From positions 3,648,001-3,712,000 of the forward strand of contig OY820905.2 in NCBI GenBank assembly GCA_963555755.3: a stretch of DNA of 64,000 bases. Direction: 5' to 3'. The notes below the pieces were generated by a model. That model was not told where the DNA came from. It searched no databases and worked only from the letters and a program-made list of their open reading frames with translations. Position numbers and translations under genes: made by a program. This DNA comes from Nitrospirales bacterium (GTDB taxonomy: Bacteria; Nitrospirota; Nitrospiria; Nitrospirales; UBA8639). The first letter of the stretch is position 1. Each line of letters opens with the position of its first letter. Positions 49,990-58,382 of the stretch are shown here, in pieces.

Positions 49990-50640
49990 CATTGAAGGGT
50001 CTTCCATCTTCGCGCCGCTGGGTATAATGATGCGGTCGTTTGTTTCGCTTAACTGTTTGAGCTGTTCGGCGACATCCGGATGATGACTCTTGAGAAATCC
50101 GGTCAGGCCATCCAAAAAGCGAGTGGAACGGAGGCCGGTGCCGGAAAACTCGGTAATAAAAATCAATCCTCGATCTAATACCTCTCCGGCCATGTCGGTG
50201 TCGATTTTTTCGCCTTCCATAAAGGCTTTGTATTCTTTTTTTAAGGTTTCCGTAAATGCTGGGGCCATGCCTTCGGGAACGTGGATCGGGCTAAACGAAC
50301 GCCGCAAACCCTGAATCGCGGCGATCACTTCGCCATCTTGTCCATCTCGTCGGGAATGGAAATGTTTGAAGGTAACCGCCTCCAGGAAATAAAACACCTC
50401 CGCCGCTTTATCGCCCCATTTCTCCAGTAATTCCCGATACAGCGCGCGACGGCCCTGATCAAATTGATCCCCAACACGTTTTTGTTGATACTCGACATTG
50501 GCATCGAGGTATACGCAATCCGTATGGCAGGCGATGTCGACGACTCGGTGGGTTCCACAGCATTGGCTGCAAATAGACCCGCTGAGGGCCGGGCAAGGCC
50601 GTTTCCCTTTTCGGGCATGGCAGTAGATGCATTGACTCAT
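49984..50640 (-). CDS. Hypothetical protein with Cys-rich N-terminus
   Basis: CIYC...CPAL...CSQCCG...C..DC; overlaps the upstream stop. Confidence 0.75.
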   Translation of the reverse strand: MSQCIYCHARKGKRPCPALSGSICSQCCGTHRVVDIACHTDCVYLDANVEYQQKRVGDQFDQGRRALYRELLEKWGDKAAEVFYFLEAVTFKHFHSRRDGQDGEVIAAIQGLRRSFSPIHVPEGMAPAFTETLKKEYKAFMEGEKIDTDMAGEVLDRGLIFITEFSGTGLRSTRFLDGLTGFLKSHHPDVAEQLKQLSETNDRIIIPSGAKMEDPSMP

Positions 50641-51665
50641 TGTTTGCGGGTGTCTCCTCCCATCATCCCTAGCCCATAATCCGAAAGCGTTCGTTGTTTC
50701 TTTTTCCCCTTATTTTTGGCGTTGGCTGGTCGCTCTAACCCATTCATCTCCGCCCCTTTGGCGTAGAGATAGGGAACGAGAATCATATGCTTGGCTCGAT
50801 CAATCTTCACAGTGGATGGAGATATGAGAAACTCAGCAATCACCCGCATTTTTTTATTCGGCTGAACCCGCCAAATTTTTCCTGCGGTCAAGTCCGAGAG
50901 GTACATGTTGCCGTATTGGTCGAAGTCCACCCCACTTAAATTCCGAAATCTACCGGTAAAAAAAGAATTGGAAATGATTTCGTTGATCGAACGGTTTTGA
51001 TCAATTTCGAGTACGGTTCCTTTCTCAAGGCTGACTACGACGAGTCGCCCGGATTTTGGATGAACGGCTAATCCGCGAGGCGAGGCCAAGTCGTCATTGT
51101 GCAAATAGAGCGAAACGATATGGTCCTGAGTGGTATCGATCTGATAAATGGCATTGCCTTCCGTGTCCAACACAAACAGTTGCCCGCTGCCGTCCGCGAT
51201 AAGGTCGGTGAGTTCCGTGACATGGAATTGGCTGAAAGACAACGTAACGGTCGATTGCCCTGTGTTGATATCGAATCCGCGCACGGAATCGAGGTCGGCG
51301 ACGTAGAGGGTCTTCCCGACAATAGCCATCCCATTTGGAGAATGAAGAAGGGTGCCCCTTGTGCCGCCATGAATGAAATGCAGGTCAATGAGCTCTCCGT
51401 CGGTGTTTAGTTTCGAGATAAACCCATTGTTATCCCGTTTGCCCGGATCGCCATTGGCATTGGCAATGAAGTAGTGTTGCCCTGAGGGAGAAACAATAAA
51501 GCATTGGGGCGTCTTCAAATCGCCAATTGGTTGCCCATTGATGATTGCTGGCCAACCAGACAGGCAGATGAGGAGAACAAGAAAAGAAAGAAGGGGAGGA
51601 ACTGATGGAGAAAAGTGGTATCGTGACACCCTCGCATCGTACGAGACCATTTTTTGCACTGTCAA
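50637..51665 (-). CDS. Secreted beta-propeller protein (SMP-30/NHL-like)
   Basis: DNNGFISK, PNGMAI..LYVAD, PRGLAV, GVDFD..GNMYLSD; start uncertain. Confidence 0.75.
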   Translation of the reverse strand: MTVQKMVSYDARVSRYHFSPSVPPLLSFLVLLICLSGWPAIINGQPIGDLKTPQCFIVSPSGQHYFIANANGDPGKRDNNGFISKLNTDGELIDLHFIHGGTRGTLLHSPNGMAIVGKTLYVADLDSVRGFDINTGQSTVTLSFSQFHVTELTDLIADGSGQLFVLDTEGNAIYQIDTTQDHIVSLYLHNDDLASPRGLAVHPKSGRLVVVSLEKGTVLEIDQNRSINEIISNSFFTGRFRNLSGVDFDQYGNMYLSDLTAGKIWRVQPNKKMRVIAEFLISPSTVKIDRAKHMILVPYLYAKGAEMNGLERPANAKNKGKKKQRTLSDYGLGMMGGDTRKQ

Positions 51666-51689
51666 GGAAATGGCCGGGTTCGGCTCTTA

Positions 51690-51848
51690 GGGTCCGTCAC
51701 GAAATAACCCGTACAATTGGGAGGCCCATCTTTGGCCCAGGGCGTCGTTGCTCATCGGTCACATAGTACCTCTATGCTCCCTCGTCGCGCCTTGCCCTGA
51801 TCACTAATTTGGACCTCTCAATGGCACCGGTTATTTCGTGACGGAACT
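51690..51848. mobile_element. MITE family D (short form)
   Basis: gggtccgtcacgaaataacc/ggttatttcgtgacggaac; long form at 52937-53199. Confidence 0.85.
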
Positions 51849-51986
51849 TTACATTGACTTGAATTTCTCACCCTTGTTATCGTCGCTCCTTGCGGGTTGC
51901 TCGTCGCTAGTATTTGGGGATATTTCATACCCTCTTTTTTCCGAGCAACTAGCGACCAGCAACAAGTAACAAGTAAGGAGGTTCCT

Positions 51987-52853
51987 GTGCCCGCTCAGTT
52001 GATTGATGGAAAAGCGCTAGCCCAAGACATTCGTCAGTGTATTGCTCAGGATATCGAGGCGTTAGTGGGGCAGACTGGAGTTCGTCCCGGCCTCGCAGTG
52101 GTGCTGGTGGGTGAGGATCCGGCCTCGGCAGTCTATGTTCGGAATAAAAAGAAAGCGTGTGATACGGCGGGATTGTATGTGGATGACCACACCCTTCCCG
52201 CTACGACAACGCAAGAAGAACTGCTTAAGCTGATTGATCAATTGAATGCCGATCCAAAGATTCATGGTATTTTGGTCCAGCTTCCGCTTCCCTCTCAAAT
52301 CGATAGCCAAACAGTGTTGAACGCCGTGTCGCCGGATAAGGATGCCGATGGGTTTCACCCCTATAACATTGGCAGGTTGGTGGCGGGTGACCCGTTGTTT
52401 GTACCGTGTACCCCTAAGGGCGTGATTCGGATGATCGAATCCACCGGACAAACCCTTGAGGGGAAACGAGCGGTAGTGTTGGGGCGCAGCAACATCGTCG
52501 GAAAGCCAGTCGCGATTTTATTGATGCACCGTCATGCCACGGTGACAATCTGTCATTCGCGAACACAAGATTTGCCAGGGATGTGTCGGGAAGCGGATAT
52601 TCTCGTGGCGGCTATTGGAAAAGCGCAATTTGTCAAAGCTGATATGGTGAAGCCCGGGGCCGTGGTGATTGATGTGGGTATCAATCGGTTGGGTGATGGC
52701 CGGTTAGTCGGCGATGTGGATTTTGAACCCGTCAAGGAACGGGCCGGCTGGCTTTCACCGGTTCCGGGCGGGGTGGGGCCCATGACGATTGCCATGTTGC
52801 TGGCCAACACGTTGGAAGCCGCCAGACGTGTTGTAAGGCCTGTGATAAAATAA
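51987..52853 (+). CDS. folD: Methylene-THF dehydrogenase/cyclohydrolase
   Basis: [35 protein letters not shown] start after aaggagg. Confidence 0.96.
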   Translation: MPAQLIDGKALAQDIRQCIAQDIEALVGQTGVRPGLAVVLVGEDPASAVYVRNKKKACDTAGLYVDDHTLPATTTQEELLKLIDQLNADPKIHGILVQLPLPSQIDSQTVLNAVSPDKDADGFHPYNIGRLVAGDPLFVPCTPKGVIRMIESTGQTLEGKRAVVLGRSNIVGKPVAILLMHRHATVTICHSRTQDLPGMCREADILVAAIGKAQFVKADMVKPGAVVIDVGINRLGDGRLVGDVDFEPVKERAGWLSPVPGGVGPMTIAMLLANTLEAARRVVRPVIK

Positions 52854-53608
52854 CTTGGACATCTCGCATCCCATCTTCGGGCCATCATTGAACCTAGAAG
52901 CAGCAGTTGGATCACAAAAGTCCGCGCAAGCTCTCAGGGTCCGTCACGAAATAACCGGGACAATTGGCCGAGACGATTTTGGAGCGAGCCAAGGAGCGAA
53001 GAGCGCGCATACCGGGAGTATGGAAGCGATGAGCGACGCCGGCGGAGCCCAAAAGCGTCCGGCCCTCCGGGGAGGCCCATCTTTGGCCCGGGGCGGCGTT
53101 GCTCCTCGGTCACAGAGCCCCGCTCTGCTCCCTCGTCGCGCCTTGCCCCGATCACAAATCTGGGCCTCCCAATTGTCCCGGTTATTTCGTGACGGACCCT
53201 TAGCGCACCTGGCACAATACAAAAAGGTCTCATCACCACGGAGGGTTCGCGCAAGAATACCTTCCCCGGTTTGGGTGCTGAGACACCTGTCTGGCAAGGC
53301 GCGAGGACTGCGCATACTCTCGGTATGGAAAGGACGAGCAACGCCGCCAGGCGGGATGGATCGACGCCCAAACCGGGGAAGGTATTCTTGCGCGAACCCT
53401 AAGGTGACCACGACTTTTTGTATTGCACCATGCACACCAATTTCTTACACGTCTTTTTTGTGCCCAACTGCCGTTTCTAGGTTGAACGGGTCTCAATCGA
53501 AAAAGCCTCAACATAGCTGGGCTATGCGTCGGTTTTTTCTCAGTCGTTCCGTCCAAATCCGACCCAAATCTGGGCGCGATTTTGCCAAAGTTATTTTGTC
53601 ACAGGCCC
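52836..53608. mobile_element. Four-element nest: G containing B (52893-53481), which contains D (52937-53199) and A (53243-53399)
   Basis: Removing the inner elements restores the stand-alone copies at 19083 (B) and 38168 (G, reverse complement); B is flanked by a ttgaa duplication. Confidence 0.9.
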
Positions 53609-53635
53609 TAAAATGATGAAAGCCATGAAGCCGAA

Positions 53636-54526
53636 ATGAATGATGGACGACACACATTGCGGCGAACCTTGGAACAGGGAGAGTTCGCCATCACCGTTGA
53701 AATGAATCCTCCCAAGGGCACAAATGTTTCGGCCTTACTCGAGACCGCCAAGGCCTTGGTCGGCCATGTGCATGGCATCAATGTCACGGATAACACCGCT
53801 GCGGTGATGCGCGCGAGTTCCGTCGCTGTGTCGCGGCTGTTGTTTGAGCAGGGGCACGACCCGGTTTTGCAAGTGACCTGTCGGGACCGAAACCGAATGG
53901 GGATTCAGTCGGACTTACTGGGCGCACATCTTCTAGGCATTGGCAATGTTCTGTGCTTGACAGGGGATAGCCCACAAGTCGGGGATCACAAAGAGGCTAA
54001 ACCCGTGTATGATATAGATTCCGTTCAGGTCATGCGGACCATCGGTTTATTGAATCAAGGGCGAGACATGGCTGACAAACCGTTAGATGGCGCCACGGAT
54101 TTTTTTATAGGTGCTGCGGTGGCTCCTGGCGCCGACTCTGCTGACCTCATGCATCAGAAATTGAGCGCAAAGGTCCAAGCCGGTGCACAATTTTTCCAAA
54201 CTCAAGCCCTATATTGTTCCGATTTGTTCCAGGGATTTATGTCGGAAGTGCGGAAATACCCCTGTAAGGTCTTGGCCGGGGTGTTGGTTCTCCGCTCGGC
54301 GAAAATGGCGGAATATTTGAACGCGAATATCCCGGGGATTGATGTGCCCAAAGAACTCGTATCTGAAATGAAGGATGCCGGAGAGTCTTGTGAAGCGGAT
54401 GTTGGCGTGGATATTGCGGTACGCCTTATTAAAGCGGTTCGTCCGTACTGCGATGGCGTTCATATTATGCCTGGTCGTTTGGGCGATCGAGTGCTCGAGA
54501 TTATTCGAAAGGCGGAATTGAACTGA
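53636..54526 (+). CDS. metF: Methylenetetrahydrofolate reductase
   Basis: EMNPPKG, NVTDN, TCRDRNR, LTGD, FFQTQ. Confidence 0.9.
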   Translation: MNDGRHTLRRTLEQGEFAITVEMNPPKGTNVSALLETAKALVGHVHGINVTDNTAAVMRASSVAVSRLLFEQGHDPVLQVTCRDRNRMGIQSDLLGAHLLGIGNVLCLTGDSPQVGDHKEAKPVYDIDSVQVMRTIGLLNQGRDMADKPLDGATDFFIGAAVAPGADSADLMHQKLSAKVQAGAQFFQTQALYCSDLFQGFMSEVRKYPCKVLAGVLVLRSAKMAEYLNANIPGIDVPKELVSEMKDAGESCEADVGVDIAVRLIKAVRPYCDGVHIMPGRLGDRVLEIIRKAELN

Positions 54527-55314
54527 TGACGGTCCCGGAGTTCCAACGTCAAAAAGAAAAAGGAAAGAAACTGGTCGTGGTCACAGCCTACGATGCGTTG
54601 TTTACGCGAATTGTAGAACAATCCGGCATCGAAGCGATTCTGGTTGGGGATTCCCTTGGCGTGGTGGTTCAGGGAAAACAGGACACACTGTCCGTGACCA
54701 TGGAGGATATGATCTATCATACCCGACTCGTCGCTGGTGCACGGGAACAGGCTCTGGTCATTGCCGATATGCCGTTTATGTCATACCAAATCAGTATCGA
54801 AGAGGCCCTCCGGAATGCCGGACGTCTGATTCAGGCTGGAGCTGGAGCGGTGAAGCTGGAAGGTGGAATCCCCATGATCGATCGTGTGCAAGCACTCACG
54901 CGAGTGGGCATTCCCGTGATGGGGCATATTGGGATGACGCCTCAGTCCGTCAATCAGTACGGTGGATACAAAGTGCAGGGCCGGGACGAAAATCATGCGG
55001 AGGCTTTGCTCGCCGATGCTCGGGCGTTAGAAGCCGCGGGAGCCTTTTCACTCGTACTCGAAGCCATGCCGGCTGATCTTGCGAAAGCCATCACCCAAGC
55101 GGTCTCCATCCCAACGATTGGGATCGGCGCGGGTCCTGATTGTGATGGGCAAGTGTTGGTGCTCTATGACCTTCTTGGACTCTTCGATGATTTTACCCCG
55201 AAGTTCGTGAAGCCGTATGCCCACTTAAAAGCCGATGCCCTACAAGCCCTCCGCCGATTCAAAGAAGAGGTGGAATGCCAAAAATTTCCCTCTGATCTCG
55301 AAAGTTATCACTAA
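54526..55314 (+). CDS. panB: 3-methyl-2-oxobutanoate hydroxymethyltransferase
   Basis: TAYD, LVGDSLG, ADMPF, VKLEGG, GHIGMTPQS, IGIGAG. Confidence 0.97.
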   Translation: MTVPEFQRQKEKGKKLVVVTAYDALFTRIVEQSGIEAILVGDSLGVVVQGKQDTLSVTMEDMIYHTRLVAGAREQALVIADMPFMSYQISIEEALRNAGRLIQAGAGAVKLEGGIPMIDRVQALTRVGIPVMGHIGMTPQSVNQYGGYKVQGRDENHAEALLADARALEAAGAFSLVLEAMPADLAKAITQAVSIPTIGIGAGPDCDGQVLVLYDLLGLFDDFTPKFVKPYAHLKADALQALRRFKEEVECQKFPSDLESYH

Positions 55315-55473
55315 GGACTCGCGCAAAAATAACTTCCCCTGTTTGGGCGTCGATCCATCCCGTCTGGGCGGCGTTGCTCGTCCTTTCCATACCGAGGAGT
55401 ATGCGCAGTCCTCGCGCCTTGCCAGACAGGTGTCTCAGCACCCAAACAGGGGAAGTTATTCTTGCGCGAACCC
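55315..55473. mobile_element. MITE family A (reverse) inserted at the panB TAA stop
   Basis: TAA duplicated on both sides. Confidence 0.88.
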
Positions 55474-55564
55474 TAAACCCTGGGTCTGTTTTTTTTGATT
55501 ATTCTGCCGGCGAGAATGCATGATTTCGACCATTCCACTTTGGCGGCTTTAAGTTGTCGTTCTA

Positions 55565-55593
55565 TTGACAATTCACCAAACGGAGCCTAACAT
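55565..55593 (+). promoter_or_regulatory. Putative sigma70 promoter upstream of purA
   Basis: TTGACA-N17-TAACAT. Confidence 0.6.
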
Positions 55594-55606
55594 TCATCTC
55601 CGGTTG

Positions 55607-55638
55607 GCTCTGACTTTGTGTGAGTCGGGGCTTTTTTT
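55607..55638 (+). terminator. Intrinsic terminator between the putative promoter and purA
   Basis: gctctgact-ttgtgtg-agtcggggc followed by T7. Confidence 0.65.
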
Positions 55639-55694
55639 ATGACATTTTCGAGTGGGTGTCTTCACAGGATTCTTTAGGAATATAGAGAGTTGAA

Positions 55695-57023
55695 ATGGCA
55701 AATTTAATCGTCATTGGATCGCAGTGGGGGGATGAGGGGAAAGGGAAAATTGTCGATATTCTTTCCCGTGATGCTGATGTGGTCGTTCGTTTTCAGGGTG
55801 GGTCCAATGCCGGTCATACGGTGGTGACCAGAAAAGGAACCTATATTTTCCATTTGATTCCGTCCGGCATATTATCGAAGGGGAAATTGTGTATTTTGGG
55901 AAGCGGAGTCGTGATTGATCCTGGTGCACTAATTGGGGAATTGGATCAACTGCAAGCTCAAGGGATCAAAATTGGGCGGAATTTTTTGATTAGTCAGCGG
56001 GCTCATGTGATCATGCCGTATCACAAGGCCATTGATAAGGCGGCGGAAAAAGCGAAAGGGTCTCGTCGCATTGGCACCACGGGGAAGGGTATTGGTCCGG
56101 CCTATGTGGATAAAATGGCTCGTATTGGCATTCGAATGGGTGATCTTCTCAACCCTGATGTTTTTCGGGGCAAAGTGGAAGACAATCTGGTCGAGATCAA
56201 TAATTTCCTTCGGCACGTGTATAAAGCTCGAGGGTTTACTCCAGATCGTATTGTCGAGGAATATATGAAGTATGCCGACCGGTTGCGTTCTCATGTCGCT
56301 GATGACTCCTTGCTACTGCATAAGGCCACAGAAAATGGGCGCCATGTCTTATTTGAAGGGGCGCAAGGTACGCATTTGGATGTTGACCTTGGGACCTATC
56401 CGTTTGTGACGTCGTCAAGCTCTTGTGCCGGGGGCGCCTGTACTGGAACGGGGATTGGCCCAACAAAAATCGATGCGGTGCTTGGCGTCACGAAAGCCTA
56501 TTCCACACGCGTTGGGAGTGGGCCGTTTCCCACGGAATTGTCCGATGCCGTTGGGGAGGGTTTGCAAGAACGCGGTCAGGAAATTGGTGCGACTACGGGA
56601 CGCGCCCGCCGGTGTGGTTGGTTGGATGCTGTGGTGTTGCGGTATGCCGTGCGCGTGAACGGATGTACGTCATTGGCCGTTACTAAATTGGATGTGCTGG
56701 ATGGCTTGCGCCAAATAAAAATTGCCGTTGGGTATCGGCATAAAGGGAAACTCTATCGGGACATGCCCGCTGACCTTCAGGTTCTTTCAGAATGCGAACC
56801 GGTGTATGAAGTGATGCCTGCGTGGACGGGAACGACTACAGCGGTTACGTCCTATAAAGATCTTCCCCGAGAGGCCAAACGCTATTTAAGTCGGATTGAA
56901 GAATTAACCGCTTGCCCCATTGATATTGTGTCAACGGGCTCCCATCGGGAACATACCATCATGCTGAAAAACCCGATGACCGCTATCCGTCCGCGCACCA
57001 GAATTCCCAAAGTCAGCGCGTAA
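55695..57023 (+). CDS. purA: Adenylosuccinate synthetase
   Basis: QWGDEGKGKIVD, GGSNAGHT, EGAQG, GATTGRARRCGWLD. Confidence 0.97.
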   Translation: MANLIVIGSQWGDEGKGKIVDILSRDADVVVRFQGGSNAGHTVVTRKGTYIFHLIPSGILSKGKLCILGSGVVIDPGALIGELDQLQAQGIKIGRNFLISQRAHVIMPYHKAIDKAAEKAKGSRRIGTTGKGIGPAYVDKMARIGIRMGDLLNPDVFRGKVEDNLVEINNFLRHVYKARGFTPDRIVEEYMKYADRLRSHVADDSLLLHKATENGRHVLFEGAQGTHLDVDLGTYPFVTSSSSCAGGACTGTGIGPTKIDAVLGVTKAYSTRVGSGPFPTELSDAVGEGLQERGQEIGATTGRARRCGWLDAVVLRYAVRVNGCTSLAVTKLDVLDGLRQIKIAVGYRHKGKLYRDMPADLQVLSECEPVYEVMPAWTGTTTAVTSYKDLPREAKRYLSRIEELTACPIDIVSTGSHREHTIMLKNPMTAIRPRTRIPKVSA

Positions 57024-57040
57024 CGGAACCCTACTCTTGT

Positions 57041-57069
57041 TTGACAAGCCGGAGGGCGGTTGCTAGCAT
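57041..57069 (+). promoter_or_regulatory. sigma70 promoter for tRNA-Lys
   Basis: TTGACA-N17-TAGCAT, 12 bp upstream of the tRNA. Confidence 0.7.
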
Positions 57070-57080
57070 CGCGCCTCGGT

Positions 57081-57156
57081 GAGCCGCTAGCTCAGTTGGT
57101 AGAGCATCGCCCTTTTAAGGCGAGGGCCGAGCGTTCGAGTCGCTCGCGGCTCACCA
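57081..57156 (+). tRNA. tRNA-Lys(UUU)
   Basis: Acceptor stem GAGCCGC/GCGGCTC, D-arm tagctcagttggtagagc, anticodon loop CT-TTT-AA, GTTCGA, encoded CCA. Confidence 0.97.
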
Positions 57157-57360
57157 TATTTCAATAACTTACGAGCCTCTTCATCTCGTTCAACTAAACC
57201 ATAGGACAAACCATAGGACAAAAAAGTCTTTTCCAGACTTGTGACTGCCTGTCTTAGTTTCCTTTCCCATTTTGGCCATTCATGAGAATAGTAAGCGGTC
57301 ATCCCTGGCATTTTGTGACCTAAGAGGGTCTGTCTGACCTCGTAATCAACCCCAAGTTCT
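57157..57360 (-). pseudogene. C-terminal remnant of a tyrosine integrase facing the tRNA
   Basis: RQTLLGHKMPGMTAYYSH catalytic box; truncated by IS6; tandem aaaccataggac repeats at 57196-57219. Confidence 0.75.
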
Positions 57361-58152
57361 GTTATTGTCAATTTAAGTTGCACTTGGCAGACTGGGCTGC
57401 ATGAAAAATAAACCACCCAGTTACCAACGCCATCGCTTTCCTTCTGAAATTATTAGCCACGCCGTCTGGTTGTACCATCGTTTCTACCTCAGTTTCCGTG
57501 AAGTCGAAGAATTGCTGGCCGAACGTGACCTCACCGTCACCTATGAAACCGTTCGTCAATGGTGCCGAAAGTTTGGGCCAGCCTATGCGCGGAAATTGAA
57601 GAAACGACAAGGTCGTCTCGGTGCTACGTGGCAGCTTGATGAAGTGTTTGTGTCCATCCAAGGCGAACAGCAGTATCTCTGGCGAGCCGTGGATCAAGGC
57701 GCCGACACCATTGATATGTTGGTGCAACGCCGCCGTAATACACAAGCAGCGGTGCGCTTCTTCCGCCGCTTACTGAAAGGCCAAGGCCGTGAGCCGCGCT
57801 GGATGTTCACCGACACACTCAAAAGCTACGGCGCCGCACACCGGGCCGTCATGCCTACCGTCGAGCCTATCAATGCGGTCTACGCCAATAACCGAGTTGC
57901 AGTGTCACACCAACCCACGCGGCAACAAGAATATCATATGCGAGGGTTCTCTTCAGCAACTCACGCTCAACGGTTTTTGACGTTCCACGGACTTACACAG
58001 AATCTCTTTCGTCTCGGCCGCCACCTCATGCAGGCGGTCCATTATCGACTGTTGCGCCCCAGGCCTTTCAGGTCTGGGAGGAAGCGGTGTACGCATAAGC
58101 AGCTTGGCTTAGCTGGTTCAATGTGCCCATCAATCGTTAAGTTGACAATACC
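57361..58152 (+). mobile_element. IS6-family element, inactive
   Basis: Inverted repeats gttattgtcaatttaa/ttaagttgacaatacc; no flanking duplication. Confidence 0.85.
57401..58098 (+). pseudogene. IS6 transposase with C-terminal frameshift and apparent loss of the catalytic Glu
   Basis: HRFPSEII, WQLDEVF, YLWRAVDQ; NNRVAVSHQ where NNRxExSH is expected; native tail AFQVWEEAVYA* lies in another frame. Confidence 0.8.
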
Positions 58153-58382
58153 CATCAATGCCGTAGTCGGCAAACCAGACAACCCACCGTACAAATGGTC
58201 TAGAAAAGGGAGGCCCTACTCGCAGGGTGAATTCCCACATGTCAGACGGCGGAGTTCCGCGGATTGACCTTCAACGGGTTCCTTGGTACTTTGCTGTCCA
58301 GTCAAACAGGCCTTTTAAAATTCCTATTCTCAATTGATGACAGGGAGATTCATGAGGACTGACCTACTTAATTATATAGATA

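Noticed and set aside
52855..53616. 253-aa ORF and overlapping ORFs between folD and metF
   Set aside because: Composed entirely of nested MITE sequence
57087..57416. 109-aa minus-strand ORF as a real protein
   Set aside because: Starts inside IS6 and reads through the tRNA antisense; only the middle is integrase-derived
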